A stretch of 64,000 bases of DNA, from the NCBI GenBank assembly GCA_004431415.1, contig QPMI01000093.1, forward strand, positions 62,001-126,000, written 5' to 3'. The DNA comes from Cyanophora paradoxa CCMP329 (taxonomy: Eukaryota; Plantae; Glaucophyta). The translations under genes and the position numbers were made by a program. Shown piece after piece: positions 22,843-35,605 of the stretch (position 1 is the stretch's first letter; each line of letters begins with the position of its first letter). The notes beneath the pieces were generated by a model. It saw only the letters and a program-made list of their open reading frames with translations. It had not been told where the DNA came from and searched no databases.

Positions 22843-25800
22843 TCAGAGCTCGAAAAACTGCGAGGTGACCTCTGAGACCTTGTCCCACGCATAGAAAAGA
22901 GAGGCGCGGAGGAAAACAAAGCTGATGCCGCTCCGGAGTTTGCGAAACCCAAGAGCACCGATGGAGTTCGAGCCTGGAAAGTCTATGCGTGCAACTGGAA
23001 CAGGCCTATATGTATAAACATACAAGGCTACGTCGAAGATTTCAGACGCCATCTGCGCGTACGCGTGGATTGATGTCAATAGATTAGAGTTGTAAGAGCG
23101 ACAGATTGGAGCGACGTGGACCTTTCGCAAGACGGAAGTCGCGACAGGAGGCAGCTGCAGGCGCGGCGGCCGCGGCGCCGGACGCCCTCCCAGTCGCTCG
23201 CCTTCGAAGCCCGAAGCGGTAGTGGCGAGCGTTGTTGCGGGGTGGTGTGGAGCGGATTCGGAGTGGTGACGAGCGGCGTCGAGGTGGCCGCCGGCCTCTT
23301 GCTCTTGCTGGCTGAAGTTGCGAGCGGACTCCTCGCAGCTCGAGGCGTTCTGGATCACGGGCGCTTCGGGAGTCGCCGGCCGCGAGCTGTGGCTGCCGCC
23401 GGTGCTGCCGCTGGTGCTGTCACTGCCGCTGCCGCTGCTGCCGGTGCTGCCGCTGGTGCTGCCGCTGGTGCTGTCGCTGGTGCTGGTGCCGCTGAAACTG
23501 GGCGGCGGCGGCGGCGGCGGGAGGGAGAGCGGGTGGAGGTAGCACGTGCGGAGGGCCTCCCCGAGGAGAAGCTCGCCGCCCGTCAGGTATGTCGGCACGC
23601 CCATCACGCCCTGCGGGGGCGCGTCGTGATCGCGGCGCAGCTTGGGGCGCGGCGAGGAGGCGGACGCGGACCGCGGCGTCGGTGAGGAAGAATTCGAATG
23701 GGAGAGTCTTGTTGTCGGGCGGCGCTGTCGTCAATCGCGAGTGCAGCGAGAGGGTGAGCCCGAGGCGGAGCGTCCCGCTCGACGGATCCTTCACTCCGAA
23801 ACTGGCCTCGGGTCCCATAGACTGCGAGAGGCGTGAGGGCTCAACCGTGAAGCGAGCGAGGGCGCAGATAGGCGCACCAGGATCAGGAGGGCCCCCAGAA
23901 CCGCGACGGCAACGGCGAAGGCGTACTTGAGCAGCTGCTTGAATGTCGAAGGCTGCGAACGTATCCTCCAAAGTCAGATGGGTACGCCCAAAAGGCTCCC
24001 TCGCCTCGACGTGAATCGAAGTGGGCGGACCTTTGCGGGAACGGGCTGGGGCTGTGACATGGACTTGATCTTGGACTTCAGCACCGCGTTCTCCTCTTCA
24101 GTCTTGTCCGCGCGCGTGCGCTCCGTTGCCGCCTTCTGCTGGAAATTCTGCCGGGCACACGGGTCAGGCCCCGCGATTTCGACAGGGGAAGCCGGCGCGG
24201 CGCACGTCGCGGGCGGTCACTGCGTTGTCCGCACGCTCGCGCTCCGTGGCCAGCTGCTGCTGGAAATTCTGCCGGGCACACGGGTCAGGCCCCGCGATTC
24301 CGACAGGGGAAGCCGGCGCCACGCACGTCACGGGAAGCCTTCATCTCCTGGATAGCCTGCCGGGTCGCCTGCCGGGGCGCGGGGCCCGCATTAGCCGCAG
24401 ACTTTGCGGAATCGAGGGGGAAGGCCGGCGCCGCGCACGCCCTGGGCATCCTCCATCTCCTTGATCCGACGGGTCGCCTCATCGAGCCGTCGCTGGATCA
24501 CCTGCGAGGGAGTTTTCGGTCGCAGCGCGGGGCGAGCGGTGGGCCGGCTCGGACGGACGGCGAGCTGGTCATGCAGATCGTTGGCGTGAGCCCTCTCGGC
24601 AGTGAGCTCGCGCTCCTTCTCCTGCGAGCGCCAAGGGCGCCGGGGAAACGTTGGGCCGGGAGGCGGCGAAAGGGGCGGTCGGCCTTCTCGACGCACGTCA
24701 CGGGCGGCCTCCATTCGGCGTGCGTTCTCCGCTTCCGCGCTGGCTCGTGCCTCCGCCCTGGCCCTGGCCTCCGCCTCGACTTGAAGCTGCTGGAGGGGTC
24801 AGAGCCCGCGAGAGCGCGGGCGACGGCGGGCCGCCTGCCCACCGCACCCGGTCGTCGTGTGCCATGGCTTGGGGACGGCGCGGCGTGGCGGGCCCCGGCA
24901 TGCGCGCCTGGAGCGGCGAGGCCCGCGCCTGGAGCGGCGAGCCCGCCGCCGGTCCTGCGTGCTGCGGCTGAGCGAGGTTCCGTACACGCGATGGCGTGAC
25001 CGCCCCCTGCGCCTCCTGCGGCGACGGGTGTCGGCGGGGCGGGGCGGGGCGGGGCGGCAGGGCGAGCTGGGCGGACCCCCGGCGGAGGCCTGTTCTCCTT
25101 GTCGAGCTGCTGCGCGCGCATGAACTCCTCGAGACGGCGTCGTACCGCCTCGAGCGACCTCTGCGACTCCTGCGCGAGAGGAGGTGAAGACGGGAGGAGG
25201 GCGGGGCGGGGCGGGGCGGGGGCGCCGACCTGCAGCTGCTCCTCCTTGTGAGCCTGCTCCTGCTCGCTCGTGCGGAGAGCGAGTGAGGAGCCGGGGTACG
25301 AGACGGAGCGGGGCGGGGCTACCGCGAGTTCGTGCGTGAGGCGGAGGATCTTCTCGTTCATGGCCGCAAGCTGGTTTGCCATCTCCTTCGGGATCGAAAA
25401 CGCGCGAGGCGCGATTAATGCGCCGAGGCGGGGTGCGGGGGCCGGCCGCGCGCACGTCCATGCTCGCGCCATTCAGAAGCCTGCGCCTCGCGAGCTGCTC
25501 GAGCGAGACCTGTACCCGTGTCGGGCCCCGGGAGGACGAGGGACGAGGGGGCGCACGTCGACGAAGTAGTTCGTCTGGGGGAAAGGCTTCGGGAAGGAGC
25601 GCTCGCCGGCGGGGTTCGAGCACGCGAGGTAGAAGGCCAGGCCCAGCTTCTTGGCGTTCATGTCACGCAGGCCCTCGTTCGAGACCACGCAGAACGAGAC
25701 GGTGAGCTGCCGGGGGCGCCGGTCAGGGGCCGGGCCGTCGCCGGCGCCGACGGGGCACGGGGCTCACCTTGGATCCGGCGCGGGCAACGGAGAAGAAGGG

Positions 25801-26253
25801 GAACACGGCCTCGGGCTGCTCGTCCCTGGCGTGGTCGACGGCCTGGCCCTGCTCCTCCTCCTTGGGGTACGCGAGGCACTCGTACAGCGTTTTACCCTGG
25901 CCCGAGGCGGCCAGCGTCAACCGCCACAGCGAGTCCATCTCTTCGCCTTCCGCCAGCCCCCAGCGGACCTCCACGCGCACATCTGTCCAGGCGGAGGTCC
26001 TGAGACGCTGCAGAACAGGCGCGGCGGCGCTCGCGTCAGCGCGCGGACCTTCGACGCTCTCAACAGCCGTCCCGACGAGAAGGCCTTCGCTGGAGTCCGC
26101 GAGGAAAAAGCAAGCGCTCTTGATGGTCACGCTTTTGTCGAACGGGCCGTAGATGATGTTGACGGGGGTCGGGTCCAAGCGAGAGACTTGAAAGTCATCT
26201 TGCGGTCTCGCTTGTTTGATTAAATGTCGGATCTCCTCAGCAGGCGGGCCCAT
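22843..26253 (-). CDS. Multi-exon orphan protein with central coiled coil, KEN motif and Ser/Gly/Thr-rich tract (gene 2 of the triplicated unit)
   Basis: ATG at 26253 (MGPPAEEIRHL...). Spliced exons include IPKEMANQLAAMNEKILRLTHELA and ESQRSLEAVRRRLEEFMRAQQLDKENRPP. The terminal frame ends ...SQFFEL*. Confidence 0.6.
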
Positions 26254-26381
26254 GGTGCCTCGCCTGCTTGGGCGATCAAATCGAGTGCCGAGCAGCTCGA
26301 GCTGAATCTAAAAAGCGAACGTTTGCTGTGCGCTCGCTGTGTGAGCTGAATCGAAGGAACGAACGTCGAACGACCGAACGA

Positions 26382-28420
26382 ACGCTGCGCGAGAATCCGG
26401 TGAGAACGTCGCAAACAGGCCACGCTTCGGGCGCTGAAGTGAGTGGAGGGCCCGGGGCTTATCGGTTGTCGAAAACGGCCTCCACTTATACGTCTGGCGA
26501 ACAGCTAGAGACCCGTGGCTCGGCGGAGGCCCGCCGCCCTCGGGTGTCGCCGGCGCGGGCTGAACAAGGACCTGGCCTCGGGCGGGAAGAGCTAAGCGCG
26601 CCGGCCGTCCGCCCCTTGACACGCTCGCGGGAAAGGTGCTACTGACCACGTTCGACTCCCACGCACGGCCCTGCCCCTCTAGATCTCACCGGTAAGGCGG
26701 CCGCCGCCGGCCGGCCTGACGCGGAGGCCCGTCGCCAAGCGCTAGAGCTAGCCGGCAGACCCCAGAGAAAGCGTAGCACGCACCGTTCCCACGTACACGC
26801 TGCTTCGCGTGCGGGAAGCTGAATCTGATCTGTGGAACCCTCGTCCTCTACTGTACCCCATCCCTCGCCGCAGCCGTTTCCTCCGCTGCGAAAAGCCGGC
26901 CGCTGGCACCGCCGCACGCTCGCGGATTGCCGCAGTGAGTGCAGCAGGACTAGCGGCAGCCGCTGGGCTAGAAGCTACGAGAGGCTCGCCGCTCGGGAGA
27001 ACGCCGCAGCGCCTCTCGATGGATACCGCTTTGCTTGGCTGCCGGCTTCCATACGATGCTTCGGCGTCGCTGGATGGACGCGAGTCCTCTTCGCGCCCGC
27101 GCCAGCGAGGCGGCTTCCGGCGGCTGCTGCAGCTTGCCCAGCTTGTGCAATGCATGGCCGTTCGGCGGGAATGGAGCATCGCAGGCCGATCGGGACACCG
27201 CCCCTGCCTCTCCGAACTTCGACCAGCGAGACCCAGCGGCGTCACACGGCACGATGACAGACGCCAGCTTCGCTTACTAGGCTAGGGGAGGCCGCTAAGC
27301 TGCAACTCCTGCTGGGCTGCCGATGTGCTTCAACAACAGCGAATTGACCCCAGGTCTGGCTACCCCTCTTTGAGCGCAGCCGCCGCAGCGCCGCAGGCAG
27401 CACTGCGCGTCGTCCTCGCTTATCGAGTGCGCAGACGGTCCTCGGCCCTAGCTGCTTGAAGTTGTTTGGGCGCGTCGCTGCTTGAACCCCGAGACGGGAC
27501 CGCCAGGTGGGTCTTACGCGGCACTTCGGCGCCAGCTGCTTACGGTCGACGCCCGCGAGCTTGCAGGTGCAGGAGTTCTTTCACGCAGAGAACGACGAGA
27601 AGAACGTGCGCACGGCGCGCCGCGCGCCAGTCGGGGTGGACCAGCGAGGTGCGGCGGGTATGAACCCGCGCCGTGCGCGCCCGCGCGCGCCCTGAGCGCC
27701 CCGACGCAGCGGCTATGCGGCTTGCCGTCCGCAGAGCTTCCCGCGCGCCACGCCGGTGCGCCTCATCCTTCTCCTCCACCACGAGACGCGCAAGAAGTGG
27801 TCCCGCGTCGGTGCGCACGCGCCCGGTGGCCCGCCCGAGCCTCGGATCGCGGCGAGTGTTTCTCCACTCTCCCCTCCGAAGGCCTGAGACGGACTCTGCG
27901 GGCGCGCAGCGATCGGAGCCGGCGCCTTGCTGTTCGACGGCCCGCGGCTGCCTCCTGCCTGCCGCGGTGCCCACCACGGGCGCGCTCTCCTTCCCCCTGC
28001 CGGCCACCCCGGCTTCTCAGATCCGGAGCTCTCGAGTGCGCTTCGGCGAGCCGGTCCGGGGCCTCCCCGGCGATCGCCGCACCCCCGGCTCCCCCGCACT
28101 GGTCTAGGGTCTCCTCGCGGTACCCCAGCAGGTGGCTCTGCCCCGCCCCGGCGCCTGCCGCGCGCGCTCTGACTTTCGCGCAGGGCTGCAGCCGCGGGGG
28201 ATCGCGGGGCGGGGGGAGTCCGACGGTCAGGACCTGCGCCGCAGCCCCTCCATCTAGCTTCCCGAACAAGCCGCCTACGCGGCGAGCCGGCCGCGGGCGA
28301 CTCGGCGAGGCGCCCCCACCCCCTCCCTCGGCACCCCCGGGGGGCCGGGCCGGGCCGGGCCGGGCCACAGCCCTTTCTCCGTTCGCGGCTGGCGGCCGGC
28401 GAGGCGCCCGCGCCCCTAGA
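26382..28420. repeat. ~2.2-kb dispersed direct-repeat module, copy 2
   Basis: Colinear homology with copies 1 and 3. Confidence 0.92.
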
Positions 28421-29689
28421 ACAGACTGCCCTCCCCCCCCCCCCCCCCCCCCCCCCTCGCCCCGCCCCCTTCCCACCCTCCTCCCCCCCCCCCTTTCCCC
28501 CCTCTCCCCCCGTCGAGCCCCCCCCCCCCCCCCCCCTCGGCCTATTCCTTATCCCTCCCCCTCTTGCTCCCCTCTTGAACCCTCCCGGGCTCAGTCCGCC
28601 CCTCCCCCGGCCCGCCCCGCTCCCCCCCTGTCTTCTTCTTCCCCCTCCCTCCCGTCCACCCTGCCTGGCGGCTCCATTCCCTCGCGGCTTTCCTTGGCAG
28701 GACCCTCGGAATTGTGCATTCACTGCCCACCCCGCCCCGCCCCGCCGGCGAGGCGCCCCGCCCTTCCCTCGGCAACACCCCCGGGCCCGGGCTGGGCCTC
28801 GAGCCTGCGCCGCAGCATGATCAAACATGCTCTTATACTAGTACTGGTTTGGTTCAAAACATGATCGGAGCTCTCGATTTCCGCAACTAGTGACTCAGTG
28901 AGTCTAGATCTAGCTATAGTCGTCCTAGGCTTCGCTGCAGCCGCGCTACACGGGCGCGGGACGACTGAAGCCACCGCCTGCCGCTTGCCACCCGCCCGCC
29001 GGCCGCTCCCCCGGCCCGCCTTCTACAGCCGCCGCGCCCCGCGGGCGAGGGGCGAGGGGGGGTTTCGACTGGGTCCCGAGGGGCGGCGCGATCGCCGCGG
29101 CCGCCGCGCGCCCCGGCGCCGACTTCCTGGGCAGGGGCCCGGCCCCGTCGGGGGCCGGTTCCGGGCTGCAACGCAGCCTTGGCTCGACGCGCCCCCCGCC
29201 CGCCCCGGCAGCCGCCGAGGGACGCCGGCGCGAAGCCGCGAAAAGGGGAGGAGAGCGGGGAGCGGGAGGAGGGAGGGGGGTAGCGAAGGGCGCGGGGGGG
29301 GGGGGGGAGGGGGGGCGGGGGAGGGGGGGGGCAGCCGAGGGGGACTGGGACGTCGAGCCGAGGAAGGAGAAAGGTGTGGTGTGGGTTCATGGATGGGGAG
29401 GGGAGTAGGGGGGGGGGGAGAAGGGGGGGGGCGGAGGGGGCGGAGCGGGTGGGGAGGGGCGGAGCGGGGGGGGGCGGAGCGGGGGGGGGGGGGGGGCCGG
29501 GCAGGGGGAGGGAGGAGAACCAAATCCAGGCGGATGCCGGGAGAATGTGGGAAGGCTGGTATGATCGAATGGGGAGAAGAAGAGCAAGGAGAGGGACACG
29601 CGTCGTCGGCGGCCCGAGAGTGAAGGCCGCATCCTGAAAGCTGCGGGAGAGGCTGACTGGATGAGAGGACGCGCCGCTGCGGGGCCCTC

Positions 29690-32219
29690 CTAGGCTTGCA
29701 GAGCGACTGCGCTGAAGACGTGCTCCTGGAAGACAAGCCGGGTCTTGCGCTTGGCGCCGGCGGCCGCAACTGCCGCCTTGATCTCGTCCATAGCCGTCTT
29801 GAGGCTCGCGGGTGAGAACGAGTGGTCGTGGAGGTCAGCCAAGGCCGCGAGCAGCTGCTTGGGCGAGTAGTCTTGGAGGCTGCCAGCGCTGCAGATCAGC
29901 GGATGCATCCGGATGAGGGTGCCTGCCTTCCTGAGCTCTTCTCTGCGGGCCTGGCAATCCTGTAAACGGCCTTGCAAAGTTAGAAGAGCTTGATTGAATA
30001 AAAGGCTTGAATCGAGGAACACGGACCGAAATACAAAGGCTCCTGAGGATCTCTATCACGCAGGGCTTGACCGGGGCGAGGAGCTTGCCGTACTTCCGTT
30101 GCGCCCCGCGCCTGTTCGTCAGCGCCTGGCCGATCTTGCACGGTGCCTGAACTTGGAGGTACTTGGAGGCGACGACGAGGGCGGCCACGCAGAGCCGCCG
30201 CAGGCGCGTCTCGCCGACGCCGACGCCGACGGCCGTCTCGAGCGGGTCTCCTTCGACGTGCGTCCCGATGGACTCGACGAGCCTCGCCGTCCCGTCCAGT
30301 GCCGCGGTCCAGTGCGAAGGCTGCCGGCTGCTGCTGCAGAACTGAACCACGCGCCCCGCCAGGTCGATGCTGCTGGCCACGCTCAGTCGACTGGCGCTGG
30401 GCAGACTGGGCATGCCCGCCTCCCGCCCGACCTGGAGCATCGCCGCCGTTGCCGCCAGCGACTCCCTCGGCAGCTGCAGGCGCTGGGCGGGGGCCGGCTG
30501 TGGCTGGGGCGGTGGCGCTGGCCCGGGCTGCTGCTGGGGCGCCGCCTGGGGCTGCTGCTCCGGCGCCGCCTCGGGCTGCTCGATGGAAAACACGCTGCCA
30601 AGTACCCGAGCTGAGATCAGCTTGAAAAGCCCCAGACCCCGTCCTCGGTGCTGCGGCGGCGCCACCGGCCCGTCCTCCTCCAGTCCTCCCAGTTCCCGCG
30701 GTGCTTCCTGGTCTCCGCCAATCCGCGGTCCGGCACAGGAGACAGCGACCTGGGAGACAAGTGGAGCACTGATGTCAGACTCCGGCGCGTCAAAACGCGC
30801 CCCGGCGCCACCGTTCTGCCGTCAGAGAATGCTCAGAATTAGAAAGGGATCGGCACGGAAGGGTCTTGCTCACGTAGCTACGGTCGCCGAACGCCGCCTC
30901 CACAACAGCCGCCACAGCGCCCGCCCGCAGGGGGCGGGGCCCTTGTGCGGGCGGGCGGGGCCCTTGGTCGGCGAGCACGGCCGCAAGTGCCTCCTCCGGC
31001 TCGCCGGCAGCGCCGTCCCCGCCGGCCGCAGCCGCGAAGGGGGAAGCCGGCGCCGACGCCGCCGAGGCCAGCGTGTCGATTGCCCCCGACGGCCCCGAGG
31101 CGACTAGCGGCGACGGCGGCGCCTGCGCCGGCTGCGGGGCCACTGGCGGGGGCAGCGCCGGCTGCGCCGCCTGCGGGGGACGAGGTCAGGGCGAGGTGGG
31201 GGCGTCGGCGACGGGAGCAGCGGCGCACGGCCAAAGTCGCGGTCCGCTTCTCGTGATCCCGCCGGCGACTGCCGGCCGCGGGCGGCTGGTTCGTGATGTC
31301 GCCGAGGGCAGCCGCACGCGCCTCCGCCGATGCCGCCACGCGGGGCGAGCCAGCGTTCTCCTGCGTGCAGGGAGGCCAGTCAGTCGTCTTCACAAGGACA
31401 CAATGAACGAAAGCGTTACCGGAACGGGTGATGTCCGGAAGGGGCAAGGCTGCAATGGTGCGCCCTGCGAGCTGGCCGCCGCCGCCGGGTGCGGGCCCTC
31501 GAGCGCTATCAGACGCCGCTTGGGCTCCTGCCGCGATCTGAAATGAGCAGTGGCGGGCGGACGTGAGGGCGGGAACGGGTCCCGCACCCGCAACTCGTTC
31601 AACTCGTCCTCCTGCTCGGCGACCTTGCGCCTCAACGTCTTGATCTCGGCCTGAAGACGGGCGGCGAAATCGAGAGTGAAGAGAGCGTCCGAAGATCGAA
31701 AGATCGAAATTCTCATGCAGGAGCTGACCTCAGCAGCCTCGGCGCGGCGGACGGCCGACCGAACGACTTCGGCGCATCTGCTAGCCGCGGCGGCGAGCGC
31801 CTCATCCCACGCTGCCGGCCCATCTCCCTCTCCTCCGACTGCCGCACGCGCCTGCAGGGGCGAGCTCGGCGACGAAGGAGGGGAAAGAAGTGGGCGGACC
31901 GTTGCGGGGACCGGCTGGCGCAGTGATATGGACTTGTCGCGGGCGGCCCCGGCGTTGTCCGCACGCGTGCGCCCCGTGTCCAGCTGCTGCTGTAAAGACT
32001 GACGGGCCCTCATCAGGCCCCGCGATTCCGACATGGGAAGACAGCGCGGCGCACGTCGCGGGCAATCTTCATGATTGTCTCCTGGACTTGGCGGCGGGTC
32101 GCCTCCTCCAGATCGTTCTGGGTCGCCTGCCGGGGCGCATGCGCAGGGCCCGGGTTAGCGCGGGCTCTGCGCAATCGAAAGTGTAGGCCGGCGCCACGCA
32201 CTTCGCGGGCAGCCTTCAT
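29690..32219 (-). CDS. Multi-exon orphan protein: coiled coil, D-box-like motif, weak cyclin-box-like segment (gene 3 of the triplicated unit)
   Basis: Exons include AEIKTLRRKVAEQEDELNELR, RAAALGDITN and RLRRLCVAALVVASKYLQ. The terminal frame ends ...SAVALQA*. The start is uncertain. Confidence 0.5.
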
Positions 32220-32259
32220 CCCGATTCTGATCTGAAGCCCCAAAAGCGCCAGCCCCGCC

Positions 32260-34500
32260 CTCGCGGAGCGCGCTGCGAGAGAATCCGGTGAGAACGTCGC
32301 AAGCGGAGGCCACGCTTCGGACGCTGGAGTAAGTGAGGGGCCCGGGACGCGGCGGTCATCGAAAACGCCCTCCACTTATACTCCTGGCAAACATCTAGAG
32401 ACCCGTGGCTCGGCGGAGGTCCGCCGGCCCCTGGTGTCGCCAGCGCGGGCGAGGACCTCGGGCGGGAAAAGCTAAACGCGCCAGCCGTCCGCCCCTTGAC
32501 ACGCGCGCGGGAAAGGTGCCACTGACCGCGTTCGACTCCCACGCACGGCCCTGCCTCTCTAGATCTCCCCGGTGAGACGGCCGCCGTCGGCCCGCCTGGC
32601 CGCGGAGGCCCGTCGCCAAGCGCTAGAGCTAGCCGGCAGACCCCAGAGAAAGCGTAGCACGCACCGTTCTCACGTACACGCTGCTTCGCGTGCGGGAAGC
32701 TGAATCTGATCTGTGGAACCGTCGTCCTCTACTGTACCCCATCCCTCGCCGCAGCCGTTTCCTCCGCTGCGAAAAGCCGGCCGCTGGCACCGCCGCACGC
32801 TCGCGGATTGCCGCAGTGAGTGCAGCAGGACTAGCGGCAGCCGCTGGGCTAGAATCTACGAGAGGCTCGCCGCTCGGGAGAACGCCGCAGCGCCTCTCGA
32901 TGGATACCGCTTTGCTTGGCTGCCGGCTTCCATACGATGCTTCGGCGTCGCTGGATGGACGCGAGTCCTCTTCGCGCCCGCGCCAGCGAGGCGGCTCTCT
33001 GGCGGCAGCTGCAGCTTGCGCAGCTTGTGCATTGCATGGTCGTTCGGCGAGAATGGAGCATCGCAGGCCGATCGGGACACCGCCCCTGCCTTTCCGAACC
33101 TAGATGCCAGCGAGACCCAGCGGCGTCACACAATACGATGACAGACGCCAGCTTCGCTTACTAGGCTAGGGGAGGCCGCTAAGCTGCAACTCCTGCTGGG
33201 CTGCTGATGTGCTTAAACAGCAGCAAGTGGACCGCCAGGTCTGGCTACCCCTCATTGAGCGCGCGCAAGCAGCACTGCTGCCTCGTCGACGGTGCTCGCT
33301 TATCGAGTGCGCAGACGGTCCTCGGCCCTAGCTGCTTGAATTTGTTTGGGCGCGTCGCTGCTTGAACCCCGAGACCGGGCCGTCAGGTGGGTCGCTTACG
33401 CGCCACTTCGGCGCCACCTCCTCACGGTCGACGCCGGCGCGCTTGCAGGGGCAAGAGTTTATTCGCGCTGAGAACGACGAGAAGGACATGCGCACGGCGC
33501 GCCGCGCGCCCGATCGGGATGGACCAACGAGGTGCGGCGGAATGAACTCGCGCCTTGCGCCGGCGCGCCCGCGCGCGCCTTGAGCTTCCCTACGCAGCGG
33601 CTAGCTATGCGACTGCAGAGGTTCTCGCCACGAGAACTGGTCCCGCGTCGGTGCGCACGCGCCCGCGCGAGCGCCGCGCGCGCCTCTCCCCTTCGCCGGC
33701 CTGACACACCCGCTGCGGGCGCGCAGCGATCCAAGCTGGCGCCTTGCTGACCGACGGCCCGCGGCTCCCTCCTGCCTGCCGCGCTGCCCACCACGGGCGC
33801 GCTCTCCTTGCCCCTGCTGGCCACCCCGGCCCCCAGATCTGGAGCTCTCGAGTGCGCATCGGGCGGGGCCTGCCCGGCGATCGCCGTACCCCCGGCTCGT
33901 CCGCACTGTTCGTGGAGGGCCGGACCTCTCGAGCCCAACAACGCGGTACCCCGGGTCCCGCGCCCGCCCGCCCGGTCCCTACGCGGCGCTTTGACGTGCG
34001 GGGCGGGACGCAGCTGCCGCTGCGGCCGCCGCGGGATGATCCGGTGGGGCTGGACACGCACGTTGTACGCCTCCGTTACGAGGGCTGGGCAGGGACTCCG
34101 GAGAGGCGCGCCCTGTACCCCGCCCCGTCCGCTGTTCCCCCCCTCACTCCGCCACAGGCTCAGCGGTCGAGGAAGGCGGGTGATCGACTGCTGGCGGCGG
34201 GCCTGCGGCGGGGCGGCGCCCTAGCGAGCCTCCGGGCCTTCCTCCGTGCAGGCGACCTCGACCCGTCGGGGGCCCGGGGTGCTCCCTGCGTGGCAGCCGC
34301 CGCCTGCGGGCTCAGCGGCCAAGGGTTAGGGTCTCCCTCGCGGGCCCAAGCGGGTGGCTCCGCCCCGCCCCGGCGTGCGCTGCGCGCGCTCTGACTCGCG
34401 CGCAGGGCGGCGGGGCGGGGCGGGGCGGGGGGCGTTTGTCGGTCGGGCCCCGCGCCGCAGCCCCTCGAGCTCCCCCCACGAGGCGCCTTCGCGGCGAGCC
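32260..34500. repeat. ~2.2-kb dispersed direct-repeat module, copy 3
   Basis: Colinear homology with copies 1 and 2. Homology to copy 2 resumes after the minisatellite (35610-35760). Confidence 0.92.
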
Positions 34501-35605
34501 GGCGCCAGCGCCGGGACGCGCGGCGGGAGCGGCCGGCGAGCCTCGGAGCCGGCCGCGCGCGCCGAGATGCGCGGCGGGAGCGGCCGGCGAGCCTCGGAGC
34601 TGGCCGCGGGCGCCGGGACGCGCGGCGGGAGCGGCCGGCGAGCCTCGGAGCTGGCCGCGGGCGCCGGGATGCGCGGCGGCAGCGGCCGGCGAGCCTCGGA
34701 GCCGGCCGCGGGCGCCGGGATGCGCGGCGGGAGCGGCCGGCGAGCCTCGGAGCCGGCCGCGGGCGCCGGGATGCGCGGCGGGAGCGGCCGGCGAGCCTCG
34801 GAGCCGGCCGCGGGCGCCGGGACGCGCGGCGGGAGCGGCCGGCGAGCCTCGGAGCCGGCCGCGCGCGCCGAGATGCGCGGCGGGAGCGGCCGGCGAGCCT
34901 CGGAGCCGGCCGCGGGCGCCGGGATGCGCGGCGGGAGCGGCCGGCGAGCCTCGGAGCCGGCCGCGGGCGCCGGGATGCGCGGCGGCAGCGGCCGGCGAGC
35001 CTCGGAGCCGGCCGCGGGCGCCGGGACGCGCGGCGGCGGCGGCCGGCGAGCCTCGGAGCCGGCCGCGGGCGCCGGGATGCGCGGCGGCAGCGGCCGGCGA
35101 GCCTTGGAGCCGGCCGCGCGCGCCGAGATGCGCGGCGGCAGCGGCCGGCGAGCCTCGGAGCCGGCCGCGGGCGCCGGGACGCGCGGCGGCAGCGGCCGGC
35201 GAGCCTCGGAGCCGGCCGCGGGCGCCGGGATGCGCGGCGGGAGCGGCCGGCGAGCCTCGGAGCCGGCCGCGGGCGCCGGGACGCGCGGCGGCGGCGGCCG
35301 GCGAGCCTCGGAGCCGGCCGCGGGCGCCGGGACGCGCGGCGGCGGCGGCCGGCGAGCCTCGGAGCCGGCCGCGGGCGCCGGGACGCGCGGCGGCGGCGGC
35401 CGGCGAGCCTCGGAGCCGGCCGCGGGCGCCGGGACGCGCGGCGGGAGCGGCCGGCGAGCCTCGGAGCCGGCCGCGGGCGCCGGGACGCGCGGCGGGAGCG
35501 GCCGGCGAGCCTCGGAGCCGGCCGCGGGCGCCGGGACGCGCGGCGGCGGCGGCCGGCGAGCCTCGGAGCCGGCCGCGGGCGCCGGGACGCGCGGCGGCGG
35601 CGGCC
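34500..35605. repeat. 51-bp GC-rich minisatellite, ~22 copies
   Basis: Unit gccggcgagcctcggagccggccgcgggcgccgggaYgcgcggcggSagcg repeats head-to-tail with no spacers. Confidence 0.97.

Noticed and set aside
24080-24480. Near-identical introns as introner elements (also 16431-17330 and 31990-32200)
   Set aside because: The flanking exons are duplicated along with the introns, so exon+intron duplication explains them.
34500-35605. CRISPR array or 430-550-aa repeat proteins
   Set aside because: Head-to-tail units with no unique spacers. The ORFs in nearly all frames arise from a stop-free 51-bp GC unit.
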